Shown here one piece after another: positions 15,959-31,865 of a DNA stretch of 64,000 bases. A program made the position numbers and the translations under genes. The notes under the pieces were generated by a model that worked only from the letters and a program-made list of their open reading frames with translations, was not told the DNA's origin and did not search any database. Every line of letters starts with the position of its first letter. The stretch's first letter is position 1. Source of the DNA: the human T2T-CHM13v2.0 reference genome, Homo sapiens; NCBI RefSeq assembly GCF_009914755.1, contig NC_060930.1. One strand, 5' to 3'.

Positions 15959-18900
15959 CTAAACTCCATCTCAAACAAACAAACAACAACAAAAAAACAA
16001 ACAAAAAAAAACTGATGTATAATTGAAAGGGCCATTTGATTATTACCTAATTATGTGGATAATGTACTACACAAGGAAATATGAGAGATTTCGCTGTCTT
16101 GCTCTGAGACAGGTAGAAATAAGAAGTTGCAGAACACTGAAATTCAGAAGTAGGGACATGTATCACATGGTGGGCATGGCTTTAAATGTTTGAAACAGTC
16201 TTATTTGTCACAGGCCCATGTTTGTGGTGTTTCTGATGCTCCCAAACTGGACACACATTCAAAATTCGTGATTCTCCCACCAGCATTTGTTTAGTTCAGG
16301 AAGCTGTGGGGAAAGAGTACTATTCTGGGGGAAAAAAAGGCAACTGCTGAGAGTGAAAGACTTTGAGTTCCCATATCTTTAGGGAAGGGTCTGGCACTTA
16401 TTTGGGATTCTTCATACCCTGACTCACCCTGGGAGGTTTTCCTTCCTTATGTCCTTTCTGAGAAGTTGAACAAAGAAGTAATGACACATGTGGAGTGCCT
16501 TGCATGTTGTCCCTTTAAAGTCCAGGATCAGGGGGTTAAGATGAGTACAGCTGGTCACACAAAACCCACAGCTTTCTACAGCTATTAAAAATTTGAAATA
16601 TAGGACAATACTATCCAAAGATACTATAGTGTCATATAAGTTCCTACACATTCTTGAAGCTGCTTCCCCATTTCTGTTACTCCACTTCCAGCGACTTTTC
16701 TCCTTGTTCCCTCTGTTCCAGCCACATTGACCACTTTGCTGTTCCTTGACTAATACCAAGTATCTCTCCTTCCCACAAACACCTCAGGGCCTCTTTACTT
16801 ATTCATTTTTTATTCTGCCTACAATCCCCAAAGGCCCACTCCCTCATCTCCTCATCTTTTTAAAAATTTCACCTTCTTGATGAACATTCTGTAATTATGT
16901 TATTTAAAATAAGAAATACAAAGCCTATCTTTCTTTTCTGCTTTATTTTCCTCCCCAACATTTAATATTATCTTACATCATAAAAGATATATATTTTTTG
17001 TTCCCTTATTAGAAAATAAACTGTGAGTGCATAACTTTTTGTCTGTTTAGTTCACTATAATATTTCTGGTCTAGAAGAGTTTCTGGCACACAGCATGTGC
17101 TCAAAAAGTATCTACTGAAAGTAAAAAAAGAACTGGAAAGCAGCACTGCATGGGCGGAGCTTTGTGATTCAGTTTGATAGATAGGCGAGGGTGCCCTAAG
17201 CCTTTCAAATGCTGAATAAATATATAAGATTCCTCTTTAATATATATGAAATATGTGTATAATCATAATTCACAAAGTATTCTCACTGATCCTTACAATG
17301 GTCACATGACTATGAATTGCTGTTATCTCCAACTTACAAATATAGAAGCTGGGTGTCAAAGAAACCAAAATCTTGACCTCCTGAAGTGGTCATTTGTTTT
17401 AGGAGTTGGTCTCCTAATTTCAACACTGAGTACCAGTGTAAGTCCCATAGGCCAACCATAAAAGAGAAGACAGGTAATGTGGGTTAAAAATAGATTACCA
17501 AAAATTAAAAAAAAGAAAAAAATGGATTACAAAACAAAAATATTAAAGACAAATAGAAGACTATGTAGAAACAAATTGTATTTCTGAGATTATTGGTTCT
17601 AAAGGAACTGAAATTATAAAGATACAGGAAAGACAAGAAGGTCTCTGCTTGCTCATAGGCAGGGTGTATATGTGTGGGAATGGTTCAAACAGGAAGGAAC
17701 TCTAGAGAAGCTTCAAGACAGAAAAACAATGCAAATTTTAAGACATAAAAAAGGTTTCAGGGGAAGTAAGACTTGGGATTGGCCTCAAAGTGTGGACAGA
17801 ATTTGAATGGTGAACCAACAGTGACTACAGAAATGGAGGACAGCTATAAGAAACATTTCAGGGAATAATAATTGTACTTTGTGAGCCTAATATTATTTCA
17901 TTCCTTGACTGTATCAGTAACAGTACTAATTTCAGATTGAATAATGTGGGTGGATCTAGTAAAGCAATAGACTTCTTCTTTCTCTTTTTTTTTTTTTTTT
18001 TTTTTTTTAGTTGGAGTCTTGTTCTGTTGCCCAGGCTGGAGTAGAGTGGTGTCATCTTGGCCGACTGCAACCTCCACCTCCCAGGTTCAAGTGATTATCG
18101 TGCCTCAGCCTCCCGAGTTGCTGGGATTACAGGCGCATGCCCACCAGGCCTGGCTAATGTTTTTGTATTTTTAGTAGAGACGAGGTTTCACCATGTTGGC
18201 CAGGCTGGTCTTGAACTCCTGACCTTAAGTGATCTGCCCACCTTGGCTTCCCAACAGGCTGGGATTACAGGCATGAGCCACAGCGTTGGCCTAGCAATAG
18301 ACTTCTGTAAATGTTTCTAGCAACATTTTGGAAGTTGGAGAGAAGACAGTCACTAGCTTTGTCTGCAGACTTGGCTGCTTAACTGTCCTTGGCGCCTTAA
18401 CTGTCCTTGGCTCTCTGAGCTCATAAATTCAGCCTAGATTTTGTGCTTTTCATTCACATAGGCCCTTCTAAGGCCTCCAGCTTTTTGATGAGAAAAGATT
18501 GACTAATACCTAGAAAAACAACAAAGGTGTTAGGTTTCATGATCCTGGTATCTGACAGTCTGTAGAACAATTGGGACTTGTATTTCCACACTGATTCCTG
18601 GAAAAGGCAAAATGGCTTTCCCAGCCTAAAAACTGGGAGACTGCACTTCTCTCTTGGAGAAAAGGCCTTCTCATGACTCTCCCACTTTCACATTTCAAAA
18701 AGATTGCCTTTTTGTTTAGAATTTCCCCCTTATTACAGAAAAAAACAGTAAGGAGAATATAGAGTGAGATGAAATGTGGAGCTGACTCAGAAAAGAAACT
18801 GACCTACATTCTAAACTCTTAACCAAGAAAAAATTTGATCATATTAAAATTATGGTAAACAAATGCCATTCCTTATAATGATGAGACATTAAAGGTGAGG

Positions 18901-19732
18901 AAAACATGAAGCATAATCAATTTACATCTTAAATTAGAGGAACTTCATAGGACAGGTGTGAAAGTGGGGAGAAGCGTGGAGTACTTTGGTCTACTTAGGA
19001 CAAATGTAGAAAAAAGTAATTAGTAGAAAAATTCCATCTGCCAGCATGGCATCTGGATTAGCAAGGAAGGATCCAAACCTCATTTCTAACTGGTGGGAAG
19101 AGGTAATATAAATTGGTTCTAATTTCTTTCCTTCCTCTTTCTCCATTTTAATCTCAACACCTTTAGGTCATTTTGTGCAAATTAGGCAAGAAAGCACATT
19201 CCCTGCTTTCATGTTATAAAAGAAAAATTGAAAGAGAATGCCACCTGGATTACATGGTAGTCACTGAGTATCCTACCAGGTGGCCTGAAAATTGTGGTGT
19301 AACCTGCAAAACGTCCAGTGATATTTCAGTAGAGGTTGATAGGACTTTTACTTTAAATACTTGGTTTTCTAGACAATAACTCAACAGGGGATTCTCGGTG
19401 TTGAAATTGAGCCTGGATAAGTGAAATTCGCACAATAAAACTCCCGTTTTGTGTATTTGACGTTTGTAACATAAAATACTTAGTAGCAGATAATATTGGA
19501 AATATCATAAGGCCACAATGTATCTTTTGCATAAATTAAGAAGCATTTATGAAAGGCTTTAGGTTAAAGCTAACTGAACATTTCAAAACTAGGGATAAAC
19601 GAGCGTCAGTTCTATTTAGGAAGTGTGAATATCTCTGAAAAGAGTCCTTAGGGTGTGGGTCAGGAAGAACCTAGTGGAGTGTGAGTCAGGAAGAACCTAG
19701 TGGGGTTCCAAGTGGACGAACCAGCAAGGAGC

Positions 19733-20075
19733 TCACTTGGAGCTGGTGTGCTTGGTTACGGCTTTGGTGCTCTCGGACACAGCATGCGTGACAGGCGAAC
19801 AGCCGTCTGGATCTCCCTGGAGGTGATGGTCGAACGCTTGTTGTAACGCGCCAGGCGGGAAGCCTCGCCCGCAATACGCTCGAAGATGGCATAACGAAGG
19901 TGTTCAAGATCCCCATTGCTTTGGACGAGATGCCGGTGTTGGTGGACCTGCTTCAGCACCTTGTACAAGTACACGGAGCAGCTCTCCTTGCGGCTGCGCT
20001 TTCGCTTCTTGCCTTAGTAATAGTCTTCTTGGAACCCTTTTTCGGGGCTGTGGCCGACTTGGTGGGGTCAGGCGT
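19733..20075 (-). pseudogene. H2BC16P: Histone H2B pseudogene
   Basis: H2B homology throughout. Start codon is ACG. Deletions of about 16, 2, 1 and 19 nt (343 vs 381 bp) cause frameshifts. Degenerate stem-loop at 19631-19646. Divergent partner of H2AC16. Confidence 0.92.
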
Positions 20076-20120
20076 GTTGTAGTTTAACTGCAGAAAGGGT
20101 ACAAGGAATAGGAAAAAGCG

Positions 20121-20748
20121 GCCGGGCGCGGCGGCGCACGCCTGTAATTCCAGTACTTTGGGAGGCGGAGGCGGGCGGATCACTTGAGGTCAGGAGTTCG
20201 AGAGCAGCCTGAACAACATGGCGAAACCATGACTCTTCAAACAAATGTAAAAAATTAGCTGGGCGCGTGATGCACTCCTGTAACCCCAGCTACTGGGGAG
20301 GCTCAGGGAGGAGGATCGCTTCGGCCAGGAAGGCGGAGGTTGCGGTGAGCCACGATCGCGCCACTGCTCTCCAACCTGGGCGGCAAAGCCAGACCCTGTC
20401 TCAAGGGAAAAAAAAAAAAAAAAAAAAAAAAAAAGTCGCCGGGCGCTGTGGCTCACGCCTTTAATCCCAGCATTTTGGGAGGTTGAGGCAGGTGGCTCAC
20501 CTGAGCTCAGGGGTTTGAGACCAGGATGACCAATATGGTGAAACCCTGTCTCTACTAAAAAATACAAAAATTAGCCGGGCTATGGTGGCTGACGCTTGTA
20601 ATCTCAGCTACTCAGGAGGCCGAGGCAGGAGAATCACTTGAACCCAGGAGCGGACGTTGCAGCGACCGGAGATCGTACCACCGCACTCCAGCCCGGGCGA
20701 GAGGGAGACCCTGTCTTAAAAAAACAAAAAAAGAAGAAGAAGAAAAAG
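20121..20748 (+). mobile_element. Two tandem Alus in the 5' UTR of the H2B pseudogene
   Basis: Alus at 20121-20434 and about 20437-20748; GAAAAAGC flanks the pair. Confidence 0.9.
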
Positions 20749-20749
20749 C

Positions 20750-21418
<669 letters not shown>

Positions 21419-21448
21419 TGTCTCCATAGAATCACTTTCCAATACAAC

Positions 21449-21489
21449 GGCTCTTTTCAGAGCCACCTACTATTTCTGCGGGAGAGCTG
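21449..21489 (+). terminator. H2AC16 histone 3' stem-loop (21449-21464) plus HDE
   Basis: GGCTCTTTTCAGAGCC-ACCTA, then GGAGAGCTG at 21481-21489. Confidence 0.93.
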
Positions 21490-22440
21490 GGCCACTGGTT
21501 AAACATTTGGAACGTTTGTTATGAAAAGATAAAGCATTTTTCATCTAGAGCTTAGGAATGACTTTTAGGAAAAACCTTACAGGATTCAGGTGACATGTTT
21601 AAGTCAGAATGTGAACTAGTTATTTAATGTAGGGCTTACAAGAATGTTCGCTGTGTTTATTCATCTCGTGTTATATGAACTAGAACCAATAAAAAAAAAT
21701 CCAGAGCCAGGCTCAGTGGCTCACGCCTGTAATCCCAGCACTTTTGGAAGCTGAGGCGGGAAGATCGCTGGAGCTCATGAATTCGAGATCTGCCTGGGCA
21801 TCATAGCGGATACAAAAATTAGCCGACCGGGGTGGTGCACGCCTTTAGTCCTAGCACTTCACAGAGGCTGAAGTGGGACGATCCCTTGAGCCGGGGAGGC
21901 TGAGGCTGTAGTGAGCCGAGACCACGCCACTGCACGCCAGCCTGGGTGACAGCGAGAACCTGACTTGAGGAAAAAAAAATAATCCAGTACAGAATGACAC
22001 GGTCATATCAAATTGGCATGTAATAGAGACCCCATCTTGAAACTTGCTACTATATTGTCTTGTGCGTTGATAGCATATTATATTAATGCCGAACACATTA
22101 GTGACGCCGAAGTAGCTGGTGCCTAAATGGCTTAAACGCGGAAAAACCACATACAGATGATGGAACAAAAACTGGCCAATCAGATTATAGAGCGGGCTTT
22201 TTAAAATATAAGAAGCTTCTTTGTAGCTAGGCGTCTGACAAAAAGCTTGACACCAACTTAACAAAAACCAACGGCTGGAATTCATACTCTAATAACAGAC
22301 TGCATGGGTAAACTACGTGGGGAGTCCAACCAACACCCTGGACTCTTGCTTGCCTTGCGTTACTCGATTAGGGTTGAGGGAGAACTGCCCGAGATTTTTC
22401 GAATGCAAGGAATCTTGCTGCCTGATCTAACATGTTGTGC

Positions 22441-22483
22441 ACAGCCATTTTTTAGAGGTCTCTGGGTGGCTCTGAAAAGAGCC
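22441..22483 (-). terminator. H1-5 stem-loop (22468-22483) plus HDE
   Basis: Minus strand GGCTCTTTTCAGAGCC-ACCCA ... AAAAATGGCTGT. Confidence 0.92.
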
Positions 22484-22519
22484 TTTGGGGCTTTGTTGCG
22501 GTTTTCACACGCCAGCTTC

Positions 22520-23200
22520 CTACTTCTTTTTGGCAGCCGCCTTCTTGGCCTTTGCAGCTTTAGGTTTTGCTGCTTTGGGCTTAGCGGCTTTGGGCTTTGC
22601 CGCCTTCGGCTTAACTGCCTTGGGCTTGGCAGGACTCTTGGTTGCCTTTTTCGGTTTGGCAGCGGCCTTGGCCTTCTTAGGGCTCTTCGCCACCTTTTTG
22701 ACGCCAGCCGCCGCGGGCTTCTTCGCCTTCTTCGGAGTCTTCTTCACTGCCTTTTTCGCCCCTGCAGCCTTCTTGGCCTTCTTAGGCGTGGCCCCCGCGG
22801 GCTTCTTAGCTTTAGCGGCGCCTGCCTTCTTGGCTTTGGGCTTGGCTTCCCCGGAGGCCGCCTTCTTGTTGAGTTTAAAGGAGCCAGAAGCACCAGTGCC
22901 CTTGGTCTGCACCAGGGTGCCCTTGCTCACCAAGCTCTTGAGGCCCAGCTTAATGCGGCTGTTATTCTTCTCCACGTCGTAGCCACCGGCCGCTAAGGCC
23001 TTCTTAAGGGCTGCCAAAGAAAGGCCATTGCGCTCCTTAGAAGCAGCCACAGCCTTGGTGATCAGCTCTGAGACTGGGGGCCCCGTCGCTTTGCGCTTAG
23101 CAGCGCCGGCGCCGGCAGCCTTCTTAGTTGCCTTCTTCTTAGCCGGGGATTTCTCCACCGGCGCTGGGGTGGCTGTCTCGGCAGGAGCGGTTTCCGACAT
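22520..23200 (-). CDS. H1-5: Linker histone H1.5 (226 aa)
   Basis: [30 protein letters not shown]... with globular domain and K/A/P-rich tail; 226 aa matches H1.5. Confidence 0.98.
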   Translation of the reverse strand: MSETAPAETATPAPVEKSPAKKKATKKAAGAGAAKRKATGPPVSELITKAVAASKERNGLSLAALKKALAAGGYDVEKNNSRIKLGLKSLVSKGTLVQTKGTGASGSFKLNKKAASGEAKPKAKKAGAAKAKKPAGATPKKAKKAAGAKKAVKKTPKKAKKPAAAGVKKVAKSPKKAKAAAKPKKATKSPAKPKAVKPKAAKPKAAKPKAAKPKAAKAKKAAAKKK

Positions 23201-23282
23201 GGTGGCAAGAAACTGCTAGAAGAGAATAAGCTCGAAATCTAAAGAGCAGGTTTTGCGTTGCTGCTATGCTCGGGCCCCGGGC

Positions 23283-23730
23283 TTATATAAGCCGGCGCTG
23301 CCCTGTGATTGGTGGAGCGTCCAATCCACCGCCCTCTGGCCGCCGCCGCTCGCGGTTGGACTCCCAAATTGTGTTTGTTAGTCCTCAAAATTTGATTAAA
23401 TGCTTAAAACAATGGTACAGAATTTGGCACTTTGAAGCTCCAAAGGAGGAAAACAGCCTCCAGGTTCACATACTTGTTTGTGTTTTCAAGAATCTTGTGC
23501 AATTGATGAAAGATATTTTAAAAAATCCCTTCAGCTTTTCATAAGAATCCATTGGGCTGAGGGCATCATGTTAGTTAGTAGCGTGTCGCGATAAATTTCT
23601 ACTAAGTATCCAGTGAAAGTTATTTTTAAAAATTTGCCCATGAGTTCATGCTTTGATTTTTGCAAGAGAAAAGACACTGGGTTCCTTGGTTTGGGCATGA
23701 AGTTTGTTTCTAACTGTAGCAAGTAACACA
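23283..23730 (-). promoter_or_regulatory. H1 promoter: TATA, CCAAT, GC box, H1 (AC) box, TG box
   Basis: TATA 23283-23290, CCAAT 23308-23312, GGGCGG 23329-23334, AAACACA 23370-23376, TGTGTTA 23724-23730 (all minus strand). Confidence 0.85.
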
Positions 23731-26700
23731 GGCACAGGACAGCTGGTTGCCTACAGCCCCAACTTAACCACATAGACTTGACTTTACAAACTGGTTCTGT
23801 GTCCTAGGAGTTTCCATGTGCTAATGTCTTTACAGAATGGGATTTTGCAGCTTGGAAGAGTTCCACAGTCAGAGTGACTTCTTCTGCATTGCAGCACCAG
23901 TAATACAAATCGCTTTGACTTAAGGATCTAACTACTCAGATTCACATTCAAACTTAAATGTGTTATGTTTTCTAATTAGAGTGTTTTCTCTTTTTAGTTC
24001 CTGGGCAAATCCATTAAAAAAGGGGAAGAAAAATAATATAGATAATTCAGTTTAGAGAAAACTCAAACTTGTGGAAAATTATTCAAGAGCTCCCAGTGAT
24101 CCTCAAATGCACAAACTGTTTAGGTGGCCCAGGACACTGTCAGGTTTTCGAAATGTTCTCACTGCTCCCCCTGAATCTCCACCCACATTTAACAAGCTGC
24201 ACCATCAGGAATACTCTCTTCTATGAGCAGCCAGGATACATCAATATGGGTATTTTTGTGTGTTTTAGCGCTAATATTTTAGAAGAATATCTGGCTATTG
24301 ACTGTGAAAAGGTTGGATTGGATATTGAGCGACTTCACATTATAGAGGTTCAGAGGAACTCAGGAAAACATAGGCAAATACACTGAGGTTGAAATAAATG
24401 AAGTTTACAATTTATGGGAGGTGGAGGGGATTGGACAGGATGCCTGGATGATAAAAATGATCAAATGATGATTTGGATTCCTAATGAAATCAACAGTCAC
24501 TTATTTCTCATTCTTGAAATGCTGTGCAAGAAAATTTAAAGTAGCCAATGCACTTCATCTTCTAAGAACTCCTGGAGAAGTTGGCAGACTATGGCCAAAT
24601 CTGGACAATGGCTTTTTTCTGTATGGCCCTCAAGCTAAGAAGTGTCTTTATGTTTTAAAAGTATTGTTAAAAAAAAAAAAAACAAAAACAAAGGCTGGGC
24701 ACGGTGGTTCATGTCTGTAATCTCAGCACTTGGGGACACTGGGATAGGTGGGTTGCTTGAGCTCAGGAGTTGGAGACCAGCTTGGGCAACTTGGTAAAAC
24801 CCCATCTTTAATAAAAATACAAAACATTTTGCTGGATGTGGTGGCACATGCCTGTAGTCTCAGCTACTCGGGAGGCTGAGGTGGGAGGATCACTTGAATT
24901 CAGGGTGTCAAGGCTGCAGTGAGCAATGATAGCAGCACTGCACTCCAGCCAGGGCAATGGAGCAAGATCCTGTCTCGAAAAAGCAAACTAACTAAAAACT
25001 AAAGAGTGTGTGACAGAGACTATATATGGCCTTTAAACCCTAAGCTATTTATTACCTAGCCCTTTTGCTGTGTTATAAATTTCTCCACAGAGACACAGAT
25101 ATTGTATAGGCCTCTTACCGAACAATGCAAATTGAGAACTAAAGAAAAGGAGATCTTCATGAGCAAATGATCTAACCAAGCACTTTCCACTGTTCCAAAC
25201 ACAAAACTTAGAAGGTCCAGGAGAAAAAAACCCCAAAACTCCATGTGTAATGGAGCCAGGGTATAACAATAAGAGCTGACACTCATTCAGCATTTACTAC
25301 CTGACAGGAAGTAATCTTAAATATGTTCTACAGGTTTCTATTAATTTGCTACATTTACAGCTATACAAGATGAGGCCCAGATAGAGAATTAATAACTTGT
25401 CAAAGGTTATACAGCTATGAAGTGGCAGCTCTAAATTTTAAACCTAGAAACATGGCCTCAGCTCTATTATGGAGGGAAAATCCTTGAAGAGGTGAGAAGA
25501 GAACTATCTTCAAAGCTTGGAAGAGGCAGTGTCAAGTTGTTCCTACACCTAGCAAACAGCCACTAAAAGAGCTCTAAGTTAATTGTGGGAAGAGGCTTCT
25601 GGCCCCATGGATCAAAAGTGTTTTTTTGTTGTTTGTTTTTCTGAATCAAATCTTAAGTTTCCAAAAACTTTATACCTGTATCCAACCCTTTGAATGTGAG
25701 GACTTTTTTGTTCATCTGTGATGGTGGATATCACAAAAATTATGCACAGACTTTTCTTTCTTTCCCTTCCTTCCTTTTTTTTTTTTTTTTTTTTTTTTGA
25801 GACAGAGTCTCACTCTGTCACCAGGACTGGAGTGCAGTAGCGTGATCTCGGCTCACTGCAACCTCAGCCTCCCAAGGAGCTGGGACTACAGGCGCCTGCC
25901 ACTATGCCCAGCTAATTTTTTGTATTTTTAGTATAGACGTGGCTTCACCATGTTGGCCAGGCTGGTCTGGAACTCCTGACCTCGTGATTCGCCCGCATCG
26001 GCCTCCCAAAATGCAAAGTGCTGGGATTACAGATGTGAGCCACTGCGCCCTTCCTTTTTCCTTCCTTCCTCCCTTCCTTCCTTCCTTCCTTTGTTTTCTT
26101 TCGTCAGCTATCTTTAGTGATCCTGTATTTTAGGTGTGGCCCAAGACAATTCTTCTTCCAACGTGGCCCAGGGAAGACAAAAGATCGGACACCGCTGCAC
26201 CAGTTGCTGGGATACATGCCTCTTTGCAAGAGTGAATCCAATATGAGAAAGGAAGGCACAGATATGAGGCTGAGCTGGCTGAGAGCACTAGGGAGAAAAA
26301 TTGCCTTCACATCTCTGCCAGATATCTCCTAGGTCAAGATGTGTGCTTCAAAAAGTTTAAGAGCAAAATGAGGTCATGATAGTCACATATGTAGAGCACA
26401 TGAGGAAACTCTAAAACAGCTGGAAATAATGGAAAAGTTTGGTTAGAAACCAGGAAGAGCTTTAAAATACCACTTGAAGTTTAATACCCAGACTGATTCT
26501 CTCTGAAAAAAAAAAAGAAAGAAAAAATCTCATGAAAATCCAACTCCACAGTCTATGACAAGCATATGGTGAAATGACAGGAAAATATTTTTTAAGGTCC
26601 ACTTAGAGCTAGAAGTTCATTTCATAGATGACAGCATGCAGTAGGTTAAAGTATCCCTCCTCAGAGGCCCACTACCTAACACATGGCTTGCTAAACATTA

Positions 26701-26918
26701 CATTGAAACAGAACAAAAGTGTCGAGCTTTTTGTCAAAACTGTTACTTGCATGGGGTACGATGGCAACTTTGTTATGTGCATATGCTCCAAGGTGGTCAA
26801 GTTACATGGGCTATACAAGAGCTAAATAGCTTACATTGTACCAATTAAGTAACTTATCATTCATTCTTTCCTCCCTTCTGAGTCCTTATTGTCTATTGTT
26901 CCACTCTCATGTGTGTAG

Positions 26919-27131
<213 letters not shown>

Positions 27132-27490
27132 TAGCCAGGATGGTCTTGATCTCCTGACCTTGTGATCCGCCTGCCTCGGCCTCACCAGAGCCTGTGGACA
27201 CTCATTGTGCTACTTGTTCCCTTCAGTAGGGGCAGGTAGATACGCAGGAGACACATTCCTCAAGGATAAAAACAGGAATACTTTTCAAAACTAAACTTCA
27301 TCTGTAAAATTGACCCCATGACATGTCTTTTTTGAGTGATAATCCTTATCAGTAGGAACAGGTTCTGTATGTGAAATTGATTTAGCATACCAACAGCCTG
27401 TGACCTGACTCCTGCATTATAGTGTGTTGGGCCACTACCACGTTTTGTCCACAGCTTGTATTTAACATGGAGCTAAGACACGTCTCAAAA

Positions 27491-27536
27491 GCTACAGCTT
27501 CCTTTTGGTGACAATTGAGGGGCTCTGAAAAGAGCC
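27491..27536 (-). terminator. H3C11 stem-loop (27521-27536) plus HDE
   Basis: Minus strand GGCTCTTTTCAGAGCC-CCTCA ... AAAAGGAAGCTGTAGC. Confidence 0.92.
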
Positions 27537-27575
27537 TTTTGGGGTTGGACAGACTTCTTGGGCTGATAGGAATAT

Positions 27576-28120
<545 letters not shown>

Positions 28121-28796
28121 TTTAATCTGCTAGTGAAAGGGAGACATTCCGCCTCTGTTTTGGGTCAAGAAACGTAAAATGGTTTTGCTAGCTAAAGAAA
28201 AACAAAAACGGAAACAAAAAAAAATCCCCCAAAAGTCTAGGATTTTTCATGCATCAAAATCCTGTTTAAATATAAGCTTGATAAATCTAAACTTGCCTTG
28301 CACTATTTTAATTACGAGGTGTCATTACTGATTTGACAAAAAGTTAAAGAACGTAAAGGAAAAGTGAAACTAGAGTAAATTTGTAAATGGAGGCATTGAA
28401 GGGGATATGAAATTCGAGCGTTGTGGTATGCCAGTATTTCTCAAATTTAAACGTACTTAATGTTTTAGAAGTTGGCCGACTTTTTCTGTAAAGGGCGATA
28501 TTAAAACATTTTGGGCGTTGCGGACCACAGTGTCATAGTTACACAGCCCTCGCATTGGTAGCGGTAAAGTAATCGATACAAGATAAATGAGACCGGCTGT
28601 TTCATTATGACTTTTGCAAAAACCAGAGAGGCGTTATAGATTTGGCCGTGTATCAGAGAAGCCGGCACTTTTAACCACTAAGTAATGCTGAAAGGGGCAC
28701 CGAACCTCAAACTTCAGCGACTGCTTATGTGGAATCGCTAATTTGCCAAAACTGCCATACGTTTAAGTGTTCTTAAGAAATTAACTATCTTTAGTC

Positions 28797-28839
28797 TACA
28801 GCTCTTTCACAGACTTCATGGGTGGCCCTGAGAAGGGCC
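28797..28839 (-). terminator. H4C13 stem-loop (28824-28839) plus HDE
   Basis: Minus strand GGCCCTTCTCAGGGCC-ACCCA ... GAAAGAGCTGTA. Confidence 0.92.
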
Positions 28840-28869
28840 TTTGAGGAACCGTGTAAGTAAGTAAAACAC

Positions 28870-29292
<423 letters not shown>

Positions 29293-31168
29293 TCACAGAC
29301 CTTGCGCCCTGCCCACGACTTCAGGAAAAAATGGAAAAGGGGGTACTTAAACTCCAGTTTCTAAAAATGATGCCCAGTTAAAAATTACTCAGCTCATCTT
29401 GCCCTTCTACAGTGTTTTAGGCTGACCACCGCTGCATTCCATTGTCTGGGTCTTTGCAGCCTGTTTTTCCTGTCACCTCTTAGCATCGATTGTTCTAGTG
29501 CTTTGTGGCTGCTGGAATCAAATGGCGCCATCTCTAGAGGGGTAATCACAGTCGTTTCGGGCATTTGTGAAATAGCGTGTAGAAACTGCTTCCGTACAAA
29601 CTCGAAGTGATCAGCCTATGGAGTGGCTGACTGCAAAAGACGACGCCTGATGATAGCTCCAAGGTGGGATTCCTCACCTTTCTCAAATTTGGTTCTCTAT
29701 TCTTTTCCTTATATTTTACTCTTTCTGTAGCTGTCCTTTCTGTTCCTTTCTCTCCCTCGCCAACCACATTTTTGGGGCAAGAACTTTCTATTTTTTTTTC
29801 CTCATTCCACCTAGAAACACTTCAGGAAGCTGTTTGAGAAAGAAAGGTGGCTTTTACCCTGTATTTCCTTAGAATTGTGAAGGTGCCGCTTGAGCTCCCT
29901 CATGTTCCTCTTTTCTGTTGAACTAGGAAATCAGCTGTGCCCAGAAACCCTGTCTTTTACATTTACAAATAAAGTGCAGGAGGAAAAGACCGAGGATGAC
30001 TTTATTCCAAGAAAAAGAGTTTCAAATGGCCGGACGCGGTGGCTCACGCCTGTAATCCCAGCCAGAAGGGAGGCCGATGCATGTGGATCACAAGGTCAGG
30101 AGTTCGAGACCAGCCTGGCTAAGATGGCGAAACCCCTTCTCTACTAAAAATAAAGAAAATTGGCCTGGCGTGGTGGAGGGCGCCCATAATCCCAGCTACT
30201 CAGGAGGTTGAGGCAAGAAAATCGCTTGAACGCAGAAGGCGGAGGTTGCAGTGAGCCAAGATCGAGCCCCTGCACTCCATGCACTCCAGCCTGGGCAACA
30301 AAGTAAGAGTCCGTCTCAAAAAAAAGTTTCAAATAAATGTTGTGTGACCTTCCTGACCTAGGCTGGCTCTGCCTTGCCCTGCCTTCCAGCTATCAGATTT
30401 CGTTTCTCAGTAATGTTTACCTTTTATATTTCAAATGTGTATGATTATTTACCTCTTTAGCAAATATCTAATTTTATTCTAAAAATCAGTCTCTGCAAGT
30501 ACATTATGAACTACTCTATGATTACTGTATGTGCAAAACATTACATACTCATGTTGTAATAGTTAATCAGTTTCTCACTGAGCTAGGCTGGCCTCTTTTT
30601 CCTTTTTTTTTTTTTTTTTTTTTTTTTTTTGACAGAGTTTTGGTCTTGTCACCCCAGGCTGGAGTGCAATGGTGAGTTCTCTGCTCACTGCAATCTCCCC
30701 CTCACGGGTTCAAGCGATTCTCCGCCTCCCGGATTCAAGCGATTCTTCAGCCTTAGCCTCCTAAGTAGCTGGGATTAAAGGCACCCGCCACTACGCTCGG
30801 CTAATTTTTGTATTTTTAGTAGAGACGGGGTTTTGCCGTTTTGGCCAGGCTGGTCTCGAACTCCTGACCTCACGTGATCCGCCCACTTCGGCCTCCCAAA
30901 GTGCTGGGATTACAGGCGCGAGCCACTGCTCCCGGCCTTATTTTTTGTATTTGTAGTAGAGACGGGGTTTCAGCGTGTTAGCCTGGATGGTCCCTATCTC
31001 CTGACCTGGTGATCCACCCGCCTCGGCCACCCAAAGTGCTGGGATTACAAGCGTGAGCCATCGCGCCCGGCGATTAACCTCTTTTTTGTTATTAGTTCAG
31101 GCTGTGACCCTTATGGTCTCACAACTTCTGTACCCTACAGCATTGACATCTGTGTTTTTCAGAGGTGT

Positions 31169-31202
<34 letters not shown>

Positions 31203-31284
31203 AGGCAGGCTCTTGGTCTGTCACCAAGGCTGGAGTGCGATCTTCCCACCTCAGCCTCCCCAGATCCTGGGACTACAGGTGTGA

Positions 31285-31458
<174 letters not shown>

Positions 31459-31532
31459 TAAATCGTTAAATCAGATACTTTGTTAGTTCTCTTCTCCTAC
31501 CAGCATGCAAACAAATAGATTTTTTAATTTAA

Positions 31533-31865
<333 letters not shown>

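Noticed and set aside
22304-22996. Long plus-strand ORFs (230 aa and 165 aa) overlapping H1-5
   Set aside because: Antisense shadows of the K/A/P-rich, GC-rich H1 coding sequence; no independent evidence of coding.
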